Of a stretch of DNA of 36,553 nt, positions 17,965 through 28,207 are shown piece after piece (within the stretch, counting starts at the first letter, position 1; each line of letters starts with the position of its first letter). The translations under genes were made by a program, and so were the position numbers. Origin of the DNA: Bacteroidales bacterium (GTDB lineage: Bacteria; Bacteroidota; Bacteroidia; Bacteroidales; Dysgonomonadaceae). The notes below the pieces were generated by a model. That model saw nothing but the letters and a program-made list of their open reading frames with translations, was not told the DNA's origin and ran no database searches. Location of the stretch: contig JAAYFR010000244.1 of NCBI GenBank assembly GCA_012728155.1, positions 1 to 36,553 of the forward strand, in the 5' to 3' direction.

Positions 17965-18714
17965 CTACAGCCAGATATTATCGGGATAGATCACCTTTTC
18001 CAGAAAGAGGGCATGGCCTGGTGCCGATTCTCCGGCCACACTACGGTTTCGGGCTTCGATAATCCGTCGAAATCCCTGTTCATCGAGTCGTCCCCTGCCC
18101 GCCTCGAGCAATGTTCCCACGATGGCACGTACCATATTTCGCAGGAAACGGTCGGCACGAATAGTGAATTGATACAACCCTCCTTTTTTTTCCCACCGCC
18201 CATATTCAATCCTACAATTATTGGTTTTCACATCGGTATGTAGCCTGCTGAAACTGGTGAAATCAGTATACTCTTTCAATATTTCACACAGTTTATTCAT
18301 CGCTTCAATATCGGGTTGAAAAAACAACCTGTAACTATATTCATGAATAAACGGGTTTTTCACCGTCGTCACATAATATGTATAGGTACGAGAAATGGCG
18401 CTGAAACGAGCATGCGCATCTGGGCGTACCTCTCGGATAGTGGAGATAGAAATATCTTTCGGAAGAAAATTATTGAGTTTATAGACCAAATCGTCGAGAG
18501 CAAAAGGATCTCCCTCCCAGTCGAAATGAGCTGTCATTTCACGGGCATGCACACCGGCATCTGTCCTGCCGGCTCCAACCACCTCCACCTCTTGCCTCAA
18601 AATAGTTGAAAGTGATTGTTGTAATGCTTGTTGCACACTCATGCCGTTGGGTTGGATTTGCCACCCCACATAATTTTTACCGTCATAGGAAAATGTGATA
18701 AAAAAACGATACAT
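17965..18714 (-). CDS. truA: tRNA pseudouridine(38-40) synthase
   Basis: YDG..Y.GWQIQPN, GAGRTDAGVHA, HARFSA and FLRNMVRAIVG. Confidence 0.96.
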   Translation of the reverse strand: MYRFFITFSYDGKNYVGWQIQPNGMSVQQALQQSLSTILRQEVEVVGAGRTDAGVHAREMTAHFDWEGDPFALDDLVYKLNNFLPKDISISTIREVRPDAHARFSAISRTYTYYVTTVKNPFIHEYSYRLFFQPDIEAMNKLCEILKEYTDFTSFSRLHTDVKTNNCRIEYGRWEKKGGLYQFTIRADRFLRNMVRAIVGTLLEAGRGRLDEQGFRRIIEARNRSVAGESAPGHALFLEKVIYPDNIWL

Positions 18715-18726
18715 CCTAAAGCGGGT

Positions 18727-19497
18727 TTAACTATTCATCGAACGAAGTCTGATTTTAGTAAGTATTTGTTTTGTGTTGAGCGGGAAGTCACCATCCATCA
18801 TCCAGGCATAATAGCTCGGCTCTTTATTAAGAACTTCCGCTACCGATTTTCCTTTGTGTTTTCCGAAGTTGAAAATCTCAATTCCTTTCTCATCGTAAAT
18901 AAATCTTCCTGCAAAATCTACGTTATTGTTATAACTCGAATATTCTTTCGATAGTGCTTCGATATCATTCTCCAGATCAGGATAGCGGTCGAGTTGTGAT
19001 TGCAACACCTCATAGGTCGCTATGGTATCTGCTTCGGCTGAGTGCGCATTCTCCAGTTTTTTATTGCAGTAAAATGCATAAGCTGCCTCAAGGGTACGTT
19101 GTTCTTTTTTATGAAAGATAATCTGTACATCTACAAATTTACGTTTACTCATATCGAAGTCCACTCCTGCGCGGAGGAACTCCTCCGCCAGCATCGGCAC
19201 ATCGAACCGGCTGGAATTGAAGCCGGCCAAGTCACATCCTTCCAACTGTTCGGCAAGTGAACGAGCTACCTGTTTGAAGGTAGGTGAATCTTTCACGTCA
19301 TCATCAGTGATACCGTGAATGGCAGTAGCTTGAGGAGGAATAGGTATCTCGGGATTGATGCGGCGTGATTTGATCTCCTCCTTACCGTTGGGATGGACTT
19401 TTAAAAATGATATCTCTACAATACGGTCATGCGTAACGTTAATCCCAGTGGTTTCCAGATCGAAGAAGACCAGTGGATTCTTCAGATTTAGTTTCAT
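18727..19497 (-). CDS. dnaQ: DEDDh 3'-5' exonuclease (DNA polymerase III epsilon-like)
   Basis: FFDLETTG, FNSSRFD and AHSAEAD. Adjacent to dnaN, as is usual in Bacteroidales. Confidence 0.85.
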   Translation of the reverse strand: MKLNLKNPLVFFDLETTGINVTHDRIVEISFLKVHPNGKEEIKSRRINPEIPIPPQATAIHGITDDDVKDSPTFKQVARSLAEQLEGCDLAGFNSSRFDVPMLAEEFLRAGVDFDMSKRKFVDVQIIFHKKEQRTLEAAYAFYCNKKLENAHSAEADTIATYEVLQSQLDRYPDLENDIEALSKEYSSYNNNVDFAGRFIYDEKGIEIFNFGKHKGKSVAEVLNKEPSYYAWMMDGDFPLNTKQILTKIRLRSMNS

Positions 19498-19507
19498 TTA
19501 AACAACA

Positions 19508-20632
19508 TTAATCATTCAACATCATCGGCATCAATAGTGTCAGCAAATCTTCCTCTTCATCTTTCTCCACCGGCAGAATTAATCCGGCACGTGAAGGATC
19601 AGAGAGTTCTATCCTAACATCATAAGAGGGTATATTGTCGAGAATGTCAATCAGGAAAGAGGCTTTAAAACCAATATTCATCACATTTCCCTCATAAGAA
19701 CAGGGAATTGTTTCTTCTGCGGTGGTCAGGAAGTCGATATCCTGAGCGGTCACCACTATCTTATCTTCCGAAAGTTGAAGTTTCACCAGATTACTGGAGG
19801 AATTGGAGAATACCGCTACACGTTTGAGAGCGTTCAACAGTGTCAATCGGTCTAAGGTGAATATATTGGAGTTGTTCTGCGGAATTACCGAATTGTAATT
19901 GGGATATCGTCCTTCCACAAAGCGGCATATCATCTTATAGGAAGACATATTGATATAGGCATTATTTTCATCGAACTTGATCTCTACCGATCCTGATTCT
20001 TTCGTAAGGAGTGATTTGAGTAGATAGGCCGGTTTTTTGGGTAATATAAACGATGACCGCCCTTCACCTCTAGCATCCGTGGTGGTTACTCTCACCAGCT
20101 TATGCCCGTCGGAAGCGACAAAGGTGAGATCATCAGTCGTAATATCGAAATAGATACCATTCATCACCGGGCGTAATTCATCGTCGGCAGTTGCAAAGAG
20201 AGTCCGATTGATACCCGCGAAGAGTGTGTCGGCTTTAAGAGTCAACGTCATATATGAATCTTTCAGCGCCTTGGGTTCAGGGTATTCATCTCCTTTCAGA
20301 CCCACAAAATTATATTTCCCATTGTGATAATAGAGAAAAATCTCCAACGTTTCATCATTGATATCGAACGTAAGCGGCTGATCGGGCAATTCACGCAACG
20401 GATCGAGCAGGTTCCGGGCATTGATAGCCAGATTTCCCTCACCTTCCGCGCTACTCACTTCTACTGTTGTCTCCAGCGGGGTTTCATTGTCGGCTGCAGC
20501 AAGTGACAAAAAATCACCTTTCAGTTCGAGTAGAAAACAGTCGAGGATTGGCAATGTATTTTTAGAATTGATCACTCTACTTATGGCCTGCAGGTGACTT
20601 AACAATACGGTGCTTGATACTACAAATTTCAT
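19508..20632 (-). CDS. dnaN: DNA polymerase III beta sliding clamp
   Basis: 374 aa. LPILD, DELRPVMNG, VASDGHKL, EGRYPNY and C-terminal LLMPM. Confidence 0.97.
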   Translation of the reverse strand: MKFVVSSTVLLSHLQAISRVINSKNTLPILDCFLLELKGDFLSLAAADNETPLETTVEVSSAEGEGNLAINARNLLDPLRELPDQPLTFDINDETLEIFLYYHNGKYNFVGLKGDEYPEPKALKDSYMTLTLKADTLFAGINRTLFATADDELRPVMNGIYFDITTDDLTFVASDGHKLVRVTTTDARGEGRSSFILPKKPAYLLKSLLTKESGSVEIKFDENNAYINMSSYKMICRFVEGRYPNYNSVIPQNNSNIFTLDRLTLLNALKRVAVFSNSSSNLVKLQLSEDKIVVTAQDIDFLTTAEETIPCSYEGNVMNIGFKASFLIDILDNIPSYDVRIELSDPSRAGLILPVEKDEEEDLLTLLMPMMLND

Positions 20633-20662
20633 GAGTGTTCTTTCTGTTTATTTATTATTCAG

Positions 20663-20670
20663 CAAATATA
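20663..20670 (-). promoter_or_regulatory. -7 promoter element for dnaN-dnaQ-truA
   Basis: TATATTTG on the minus strand, 30 nt upstream of dnaN. Confidence 0.55.
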
Positions 20671-20787
20671 TAAAATTATCCTGCTTTATCGGTCGTTTTT
20701 CCAATAAATTTTGATGATTGTTTGAAATTCAAAAATTAAAAATCATCTCATTCCTCTTACCTCTCCCGATTCATCGGGATTGCCATA

Positions 20788-21678
20788 TCAACTTCTCGGA
20801 TGATGTTCTATAATCTCCTGTCGCAAAAAATGTCGATCGATATGTGTATAAATCTCTGTTGTTGTAATCTTCTCATGTCCCAGCATTTCTTGGATCACCC
20901 TTATATTGGCACCTCTTTCGAGCAGGTGGGTAGCAAAAGAATGTCGAAAAACATGCGGGCTGATCTTTTTTTGCAAACCCATTTTCTCCGCATAGAGTTT
21001 GATATAGTGGAAGACGGTAACTCGGGAGATGGCTTTACCGCGCGAGCTGACAAAAAGGAACTCCTCATTTCCTTTTTTAATAGGGATTTGATTCCGATAA
21101 TAAATCCAATCCTGAATCTTTTGAATGGCAACATCAGAAATAGGCACCAACCGCTGTTTACTTCCCTTCCCTTCTACACGTATGAACCCCTCTTTAAAAT
21201 AGAGATTTGAGAAACGAAGGTTAGTCAGTTCAGATATGCGGAGTCCGCAACTGTACAATGTTTCAATGATAGCATAATTGCGGGTTCCTTCAGCTGTCGA
21301 TAGATCAATGACACCCAATAATGAATCGATCTCCTCCAGTGACAAGACAACCGGAAGTTTCAATCCGATCTTGGGGGCCTCCAATAATTCGGCAGGATCA
21401 TCCAATCGGATCTTCTCCAGTATGAGAAAGCGGAAAAATGATTTCAATCCCGATATAATACGGGCAATAGAACGAGATGAGATATTTTTATCGTGCAATT
21501 CGGCGAGAAACTCCTCCAGATGAATCGTCTGGACAGATTTCATGTCAATCGCTTTACCCTCCATGAATTTCATCAATTTTTTCAGATCGGTCATATAAGC
21601 ATCAATGCTGTTTGCCGATAATCCTTTTTCGAGCAGCAAATAACGTCTATATTTTTCTACTTTTGGATCCCGCTCCAT
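20788..21678 (-). CDS. xerD: Site-specific tyrosine recombinase XerD
   Basis: LYSCGLRISEL, GKGSKQRLVP, SPHVFRHSFATHLL, LGH..I.TTEIY and terminal HHPRS. Confidence 0.9.
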   Translation of the reverse strand: MERDPKVEKYRRYLLLEKGLSANSIDAYMTDLKKLMKFMEGKAIDMKSVQTIHLEEFLAELHDKNISSRSIARIISGLKSFFRFLILEKIRLDDPAELLEAPKIGLKLPVVLSLEEIDSLLGVIDLSTAEGTRNYAIIETLYSCGLRISELTNLRFSNLYFKEGFIRVEGKGSKQRLVPISDVAIQKIQDWIYYRNQIPIKKGNEEFLFVSSRGKAISRVTVFHYIKLYAEKMGLQKKISPHVFRHSFATHLLERGANIRVIQEMLGHEKITTTEIYTHIDRHFLRQEIIEHHPRS

Positions 21679-21679
21679 T

Positions 21680-24217
21680 TCACTTTCCCTCGAACTTCTT
21701 TTTAAGGAATTTAGCCTCTTCGAGATAATCCTGGATCTTGGTCAATACAAAATCCTTCTCCTTCTCCGGCAAAGTTTCTCCTTTTTCTAATTTTTCCATA
21801 ATGCCAATTAACGATTCACTCCCCATCGACCGAAAAAGTGGCAATATCTTATGGGTAATTCCTTGGATCACTTTTTCTTCTTTCTTCTGAAAAGCTTCCT
21901 GAAGTTGAACCCAAGAGATACCGGTTTCGTTGATAAAAGATTCCAATATAGCTTGTGACGTCTCTTTGTCATCACTTACAAATTCAATTAACGCGCTGAC
22001 ACCCTTCTCTTCAAATAATTGTTTTTCTTCTATTTCAAAAGCATCATGTGCAGGATCTTCTTCCCTCACATAATTCCAAATCGTATTGTATAGTCTATTT
22101 GAGGTAAATGGTTTGACGAGGAAATCGGTGAATCCGACACTCTTTATCTTTTCTTTCGATATATCCGATCTGGCTGACAACCCAATTACCGGCATATTTT
22201 TTATCCGCTCACTTCCTAACCGACGAATCCTGTCAACAAGTGAAAATCCATCGGTACCGGGCATTTGAATATCCAGAAACAAGATATCGAATGGCTTCGA
22301 TTCAAGAAGCGGCAACACTTGATCGGGGTTCATCTCTATCACTGTCTTTATCTTCTTCCTCGAAAGCATTTCCGAAGTCATTGTCAACTGAACAGGATCA
22401 TCATCCACAAGAAGTACGTAGATGCCCTCAAGCTCTTGCTGTGCTATGCCGGAATCATTTTTATCCTTGTTCTTCTTCTGCGGCTCCTCCTCCTTTGCAT
22501 CGTTCAGAGGAATCTCAACAATAAATTCAGATCCTTCTCCTTTTCGGGAATTGAGACGGATGGATCCATTTAATGTCTCTATAAATCCTTTGGTAATGGC
22601 TAATCCCAGACCGCTTCCTTCCTCTCCCAACGGGTTATCTAATTGCCTGAATTCTTGAAAGATAATTTGTTGATCATCCTCATCGATTCCTTCACCGGTA
22701 TCGATGACTGAAAAAAACAGATGTTTCCGAGGCTCCTCCGTTAAACGGGCTTTGATCTGCACACCTCCTTCCGATGTATATTTTACTGCATTAGAGATGA
22801 TATTATTCACAATTTGCCGTATCATATAGAAATCGCCATAGACAGTCAGCTGGTCAGGCAACTCATTCTCAACAGTATAGTGCAACCCTTTCCGCTCTAC
22901 CAACGGTTCAAAGCCTGAAGCTGTAGTAGAGATAAGTTCATGCAAGTTGAAATTCGTTTCTTTCAACTGCCAGCTTCCCTCCTCTAATTTATGATAATCG
23001 AGCAAAGCGGAAGCAAGCGATAAGATATGTTCACCCGAATTTCTCATATTATCCAGGTAAGTCTCGTTCTTCCGATCTCCCTGGGTATCCATCAATTCGA
23101 TGAAACCCAGGATAGAACTTACAGGTGCCTTGATATCATGTGAAATGGTAAGCATCAGTTTCTCTCGCGAGGCAAGTAGGTCAGAAATACGTTTATTCGA
23201 CGCCTCCAATTGCCTTCGGTAGCGCTGACTTTTATTAATATCTATCAGTAACAACAAGGCAAAGATAAAAGCGACAAGCAACGCCACACAGAACGCTATG
23301 AACATGGTATGTTGCGAATTGGCTAAGGTCTCCTCTTTTTCCTTAATAAGTTGTATCGATCTCTCCAACTCCTCCTGTTCAATACCCTTCAACAGCTCGT
23401 CGATACGGGAAGTAAGCATCCGGTTGGTTTCATTCATGCTCTCCTGACGTTTGAAATAGGCCAATTGAAAATACCTTTGTCGTTCCAGATCAACTCTCTC
23501 CGAATAACGCACCTTGTGGATAATAGTATCCACGATCAGTTTGAGATCACTTTCCGACACAATCGATTTCTTCTCAATCACAACAGTAGAATCGGTACGG
23601 GCTACAAACACGTCTCGCACCCGATCAAGGAAACCTCTCCTATTTCCAACCACTACGCTGGTATCATTTTGGTGAGTATCTTCACTGTTCAGGTTCTTAT
23701 TTTCAAGAAAGTCAGCTATCTCCCGGTTCAATTTAGGCGGTACATAACTGCTTTCGGTCTGTTGCACAATCCTTGGCGCACGGCGAATGGAGTCAAGCAA
23801 TACTGCTACTCCTTGTAGATTTTCCCTTTTCCTATCGACCAATAACTCAATAGAGTCCAATTTCTCTACCCGCGAAGAATCGGCTGCCACCTGCTTCAAT
23901 TCAACAAGATTGGCTTTGATCTTGGGAGAGATAGAGTCATATTTGAGAAAATATTGTTCTGCATTATCAGCATTGATCAGGTTTTGTTCGCTCTCAATCT
24001 CATAAAGCATAGAGAGCGTATTTCCCACAATCAGTAATTCCGACATATCCTCGTTGCTTATTCTTTTGTTCGAATAGTCAACCAAGTTACGATAAAGGAC
24101 AACAAGTCCAAATGCCATTACTACTACTACAAGAAAATATCCAATAATGACGGTAAATTTAATCTTCAATGAGTTTTGTTTCTTATTTTCAGGTAAAGAT
24201 TGCATATTGATTTTCAA
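21680..24217 (-). CDS. Hybrid sensor histidine kinase (2 TM, HisKA, HATPase, receiver, Hpt-like tail); RteA-like architecture
   Basis: Two hydrophobic helices, ISHDIKAP, NIISNAVKYT, DTGEGI, GSGLGLAI and receiver VDDD/LDIQMP/KP. The TTG start overlaps the upstream stop; an alternative ATG lies at 24205. Confidence 0.9.
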   Translation of the reverse strand: MKINMQSLPENKKQNSLKIKFTVIIGYFLVVVVMAFGLVVLYRNLVDYSNKRISNEDMSELLIVGNTLSMLYEIESEQNLINADNAEQYFLKYDSISPKIKANLVELKQVAADSSRVEKLDSIELLVDRKRENLQGVAVLLDSIRRAPRIVQQTESSYVPPKLNREIADFLENKNLNSEDTHQNDTSVVVGNRRGFLDRVRDVFVARTDSTVVIEKKSIVSESDLKLIVDTIIHKVRYSERVDLERQRYFQLAYFKRQESMNETNRMLTSRIDELLKGIEQEELERSIQLIKEKEETLANSQHTMFIAFCVALLVAFIFALLLLIDINKSQRYRRQLEASNKRISDLLASREKLMLTISHDIKAPVSSILGFIELMDTQGDRKNETYLDNMRNSGEHILSLASALLDYHKLEEGSWQLKETNFNLHELISTTASGFEPLVERKGLHYTVENELPDQLTVYGDFYMIRQIVNNIISNAVKYTSEGGVQIKARLTEEPRKHLFFSVIDTGEGIDEDDQQIIFQEFRQLDNPLGEEGSGLGLAITKGFIETLNGSIRLNSRKGEGSEFIVEIPLNDAKEEEPQKKNKDKNDSGIAQQELEGIYVLLVDDDPVQLTMTSEMLSRKKIKTVIEMNPDQVLPLLESKPFDILFLDIQMPGTDGFSLVDRIRRLGSERIKNMPVIGLSARSDISKEKIKSVGFTDFLVKPFTSNRLYNTIWNYVREEDPAHDAFEIEEKQLFEEKGVSALIEFVSDDKETSQAILESFINETGISWVQLQEAFQKKEEKVIQGITHKILPLFRSMGSESLIGIMEKLEKGETLPEKEKDFVLTKIQDYLEEAKFLKKKFEGK

Positions 24218-25524
24218 TTATTGATAAATATGTTATAGAGTTTAATTTTGTTGTAAAGTGTTTTTCTGTCGATATTTAGGATGGAAGCAGCCATTGTTTT
24301 ATTACCTTTGGCCAGTTCCAATGCCTCCATAATTTTCTCTTTTTCATAATATTCCTTACGAAGACCCTCTATCGGATTCAACAATAGTCCGCGGTTATTG
24401 ACCTTTGTCTTATCTACGAACAGTTCCGGAATGATAGACTCCGGAATGATCTTACCCTCTGTAAGCAAGGCTGCTTTTATAATACAGTTTTTTAACTCCT
24501 GTATATTTTCCGGCCAGCCATATTCGGTCAACCGCATCTCTACGGCAGGATCAATGGATTCTATCTGTTTGTTAAGTGTAGCATTGGCAAATTGAAGAAA
24601 GTGGTGGGCAAGGAAAATAACTACCTCCGTCTTATCTTTCAGGGTAGGTAATATAATACAATTTTGTATAATCAGGTTATAAAGTTTGGGTATGAGACGT
24701 TTCTGCAACTCATCCTTACCTACGTCAGAACTCATGATTACCTGAATAAAATCATCGCCTTTTTTTTGTCTTGTGAGGATGTTTAGCAACTCATCCTGCT
24801 GATTGATATCGAGATAAGCTATTTCACGTATATATAAAAGTCCCCCCTTTGCTTCACGGAATTTTCGCATAAGCGGCGATTTCTCATCCCTTCCGTTAGA
24901 AGATGTACGGTAACTATTTACCCTATTTGCAGATTTATCATCATCGAAAATCACAAAGGGATTCGATAAATGGGTTCCTTTTTCATAGATATATCTCGCA
25001 CCGGAAAGTTTTCCTGTACCTGGATCTCCAATAATTAACCGATGTTGGTTATTTTCTGCAGCTTGGTCGAACTGTGTGTAGAGCTTTTTATACTCTTCGT
25101 CCGGGAATTTGATGAAAATATCTAAAAAACGGGTCTGTTTCAACATCCGTTCCTGACGAATAAACGCTTCATCAATTTTTTTGAAGAGCTGTTCCGGTTC
25201 AATCGGCTTGGAGATATAATCCACTGCGCCCGATTTCATCGATTCAACCGCTGATTCAATATCTGCATAGCCAGTCATCATGATTACAAGTATATCAGAA
25301 TCATATTTCTTTACCCAGGAAAGGAAACTGAACCCATCTGCATCTGGCATCCTTATATCACTTAAGATTAAATCGAACGGTTGTTCTTTAACTTTCTGCT
25401 TCGCCTCCTTCACACTGGCAGCGGTATCCACGCTGAAACCTTTTTTTCTCAACCATGATTTCAGCATCAGACAGACAGTCAGATTGTCGTCAATAACAAG
25501 TATATTCTTGTTTGTATTGTCCAT
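24214..25524 (-). CDS. NtrC/Fis-type response regulator with a degenerate sigma-54 activator domain
   Basis: Receiver (VIDD, SDIRMP, MTG, KP), GDPGTGK, WPENIQELKN and a Fis HTH (GNKTMAASILNIDRKTLYNK). No GAFTGA motif. Confidence 0.88.
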   Translation of the reverse strand: MDNTNKNILVIDDNLTVCLMLKSWLRKKGFSVDTAASVKEAKQKVKEQPFDLILSDIRMPDADGFSFLSWVKKYDSDILVIMMTGYADIESAVESMKSGAVDYISKPIEPEQLFKKIDEAFIRQERMLKQTRFLDIFIKFPDEEYKKLYTQFDQAAENNQHRLIIGDPGTGKLSGARYIYEKGTHLSNPFVIFDDDKSANRVNSYRTSSNGRDEKSPLMRKFREAKGGLLYIREIAYLDINQQDELLNILTRQKKGDDFIQVIMSSDVGKDELQKRLIPKLYNLIIQNCIILPTLKDKTEVVIFLAHHFLQFANATLNKQIESIDPAVEMRLTEYGWPENIQELKNCIIKAALLTEGKIIPESIIPELFVDKTKVNNRGLLLNPIEGLRKEYYEKEKIMEALELAKGNKTMAASILNIDRKTLYNKIKLYNIFINN

Positions 25525-25554
25525 AATAAAAAATTGAGGGTAAAGAGCCGGAAT

Positions 25555-25899
25555 TTAAAGTTTGTTTTTCTCTTTTTCCAATTCACGGGGTATCATGACA
25601 GCTGCATAAAACAGAAATATCGCTCCTACGATCATTACCAACGCCCACTCGTTTCGTTCCTTGAACATCAGATAGGTCGCCACAATCATCGATATGCATG
25701 AAAAAAGTTGAAAATTAAACAACCTCTTACCACGGATACTCTTACCTGGATAGGGATTCATAAATGTCATGAGAGTGAAAATTACCACTGAAAAAGCCAT
25801 TATCCAAGGAGCTACATCAGGGATGAAAAGATAAAATACCGCTGATAATAAAATCAAGACAGCCGAAATACGCAATAAAAGATTCTTTACTCGGTGCAT
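25555..25899 (-). CDS. Small integral membrane protein (about 4 TM), function unknown
   Basis: Four hydrophobic segments. TATATTTG -7 box at 25955-25962 upstream. Confidence 0.7.
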   Translation of the reverse strand: MHRVKNLLLRISAVLILLSAVFYLFIPDVAPWIMAFSVVIFTLMTFMNPYPGKSIRGKRLFNFQLFSCISMIVATYLMFKERNEWALVMIVGAIFLFYAAVMIPRELEKEKNKL

Positions 25900-25994
25900 T
25901 GTATGTGTGCTAATTTTTTTAAAAAAACCAACCTTAATTCGACCATAAACCTTACAAATATAGCACTTTTTTCATTATTAAACATAATCGTTTA

Positions 25995-26309
25995 TTACTT
26001 CTTCTCTTTAATAATAAAAATCTCCTCATTTTCTTTTTTCATAAAATAATTTTCACGTGCAAACTTCTCAAGATCATCCTTATTCGACTGAAGTTCATTT
26101 AGTTTTCCCCTGTCTATTTCAGCCTGCTTCCGATAGAATTCTACCTGAGACTCAAGATCTTTTATCTGAGACTCATACTTCATTCTTTTGGTAACTGTTG
26201 TATCACTAAAAAAAAAGAGCATCGCAATAAGCACTAAAAGAATAATAATCTGATAGGTAGTAAGTCCCAGTATTCTTCCTGAACCAAATTCTTTTATATA
26301 TTTACTCAT
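25995..26309 (-). CDS. FtsB/DivIC family septum formation initiator
   Basis: One TM, a coiled coil and LEKFARENYFMKKENEEIFI. ATG 26309 preferred; TATTTTTG box at 26370-26377. Confidence 0.85.
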   Translation of the reverse strand: MSKYIKEFGSGRILGLTTYQIIILLVLIAMLFFFSDTTVTKRMKYESQIKDLESQVEFYRKQAEIDRGKLNELQSNKDDLEKFARENYFMKKENEEIFIIKEKK

Positions 26310-26545
26310 CTGGTTACAAATTAATTGTAAAATATGAATTATTAATTGTAAGCTATCTTTCAACTATTGCAAAAATAACCTCTTTTTTCCAAATCTGCGA
26401 ACCATTGCTTGAAAATAATAGAAAATATCCATTCTACCCTTTAGGCAAATTAAACAAAATAAAGTATCTTTACACGCAAGTTTAAAAACAAGATATAGAA
26501 TCGAGGTTAAAAACTTACTCTATACTCTTTATTCTAAACAATTAT

Positions 26546-28183
26546 ATGAAGAAATTTATTGCTGCAAGCGCGTTCATGCTCGTAACCTTCGTATCCTTTC
26601 CCTGTACCAATTTGCTGGTAGGGAAGAAAGCCTCCACAGACGGATCCACACTGATATCTTATGCAGCCGACTCCTATGCACTCTATGGAGAGTTATACCA
26701 TTGGCCGGCCAAACAATACCACCCGGGAGAGATGCTCAAAGTATATGAATGGGATTCGGGAAAATATTTGGGAGAGATACCCCAAGTATTACAGAGTTAC
26801 AATGTAATCGGCAATATGAACGAATATCAGTTGGCTATTGGCGAAACCACTTTTGGAGGGAGGAGTGAACTCTCAGATTCTACAGGCATCATGGATTACG
26901 GAAGTCTCATATATATCACGCTTCAACGGGCGAAGAATGCCAGGGAAGCTATCACCGTGATGACTGACCTTGTAAAGGAACATGGCTATTGCAGTGGGGG
27001 AGAATCGTTTTCCATTGCCGATCCAGATGAGGTATGGGTGATGGAAATGATCAGCAAGGGCACTGGGAATAAGGGAGCTGTATGGGTTGCTGTTCGTATT
27101 CCCGACGATTGTGTGTCAGCCCATGCCAACCAGGCGCGTATCCAGCAATTTCCGTTAAACGACCCGAAAAACTGCCTCTATTCTCCCGATGTGATCTCTT
27201 TCGCACGTGAACAAGGATATTTCAATGGCGACGATGCCGATTTTAGCTTCGCCCAAGCTTATGCGCCACTCGATTTTGGAGCACTCCGCTACTGTGAAGC
27301 ACGCGTATGGTCGTTCTTCAACAAAGTAAACAAGGATATGGCGCAATATGTGACCTATGCTCAGGGCAAGACCACTGATCCCATGCCACTCTACATCAAA
27401 CCCGACAGGAAACTAAGTGCTCAGGATATCCAAGAGATGATGCGCGACCATTATGAAGGAACCGAACTCGATTGGCGTTTCGATGTAGGTGCCGGTCCTT
27501 TTAACTCTCCATACCGTTGGAGTCCGCTCACTTACGAAGTTGACTCGGTAGAATATTGCAATGAGCGTCCTATTGCTACCCAGCAGACAGCATTCTCGTT
27601 TGTGGCGCAAATGCGCTCTTGGCTACCCAACGAAGTAGGTGGCATCCTCTGGTTCGGTATCGACGATGCGGCACAGACTGTCTATTACCCGTTCTATTGC
27701 GGTCATACCGAAACGCCCCACGAAATGGCCATAGGAAATGGCGATCTACTCAATTTCTCATGGACTTCTGCTTTCTGGATCCACAATTGGGTCTCCAATA
27801 TGGTCTACACCCGTTACAACGACATGAGTATCGACATGAAAAAAATACAAGCGACACTCGAAGAAAAATTCAGGGCTTCACAGCCTGAAGTGGAAAAAGA
27901 AGCGATACGGATTCACCAACAATCTATCTCTCAATCTGTTGATTATCTGACTCAATATACCAATAACCTCGTAAAGGAAGGGGTGGCAGAATGGAAAAAA
28001 TTGGGCGAGTATCTTATGGTGAAATTTTTAGATGGTGTAATCAAAAGGGAGGAGAATGGGCAATTCAAGCGTAATCCGTATGGGGAACCGACCTCTCCTT
28101 TACGCCCGGGGTATTCGAATGAATATTACAGGAAGATCATCGACCAGACCGGCGAAAAATATAAAGTACATCCTATTGAATAA
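26546..28183 (+). CDS. Peptidase C69 family dipeptidase, secreted
   Basis: Signal peptide followed by the N-terminal nucleophile CTNLLVGKKASTDGST. Also GNMNEYQLAIGETTFGGR, AHANQARI and NERPI. Confidence 0.9.
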   Translation: MKKFIAASAFMLVTFVSFPCTNLLVGKKASTDGSTLISYAADSYALYGELYHWPAKQYHPGEMLKVYEWDSGKYLGEIPQVLQSYNVIGNMNEYQLAIGETTFGGRSELSDSTGIMDYGSLIYITLQRAKNAREAITVMTDLVKEHGYCSGGESFSIADPDEVWVMEMISKGTGNKGAVWVAVRIPDDCVSAHANQARIQQFPLNDPKNCLYSPDVISFAREQGYFNGDDADFSFAQAYAPLDFGALRYCEARVWSFFNKVNKDMAQYVTYAQGKTTDPMPLYIKPDRKLSAQDIQEMMRDHYEGTELDWRFDVGAGPFNSPYRWSPLTYEVDSVEYCNERPIATQQTAFSFVAQMRSWLPNEVGGILWFGIDDAAQTVYYPFYCGHTETPHEMAIGNGDLLNFSWTSAFWIHNWVSNMVYTRYNDMSIDMKKIQATLEEKFRASQPEVEKEAIRIHQQSISQSVDYLTQYTNNLVKEGVAEWKKLGEYLMVKFLDGVIKREENGQFKRNPYGEPTSPLRPGYSNEYYRKIIDQTGEKYKVHPIE

Positions 28184-28207
28184 ACAATAAAATAAGAGTG
28201 TTTTAAT

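Noticed and set aside
20764-20779. Short palindrome TCCCGATTCATCGGGA after xerD
   Set aside because: Only 7-bp arms and a single copy in the window. It could be a weak terminator or small repeat, but this cannot be supported further.
20788-21678. Integrase of a mobile element
   Set aside because: Length and motifs match housekeeping XerD. It lies among core genes with no att sites, tRNA or transfer genes seen.
25975-26005. dif-like site (TTATGTTTAAT on the minus strand)
   Set aside because: It resembles a XerD arm only. The XerC arm and 6-bp spacer do not fit, and a chance match is likely in AT-rich DNA.
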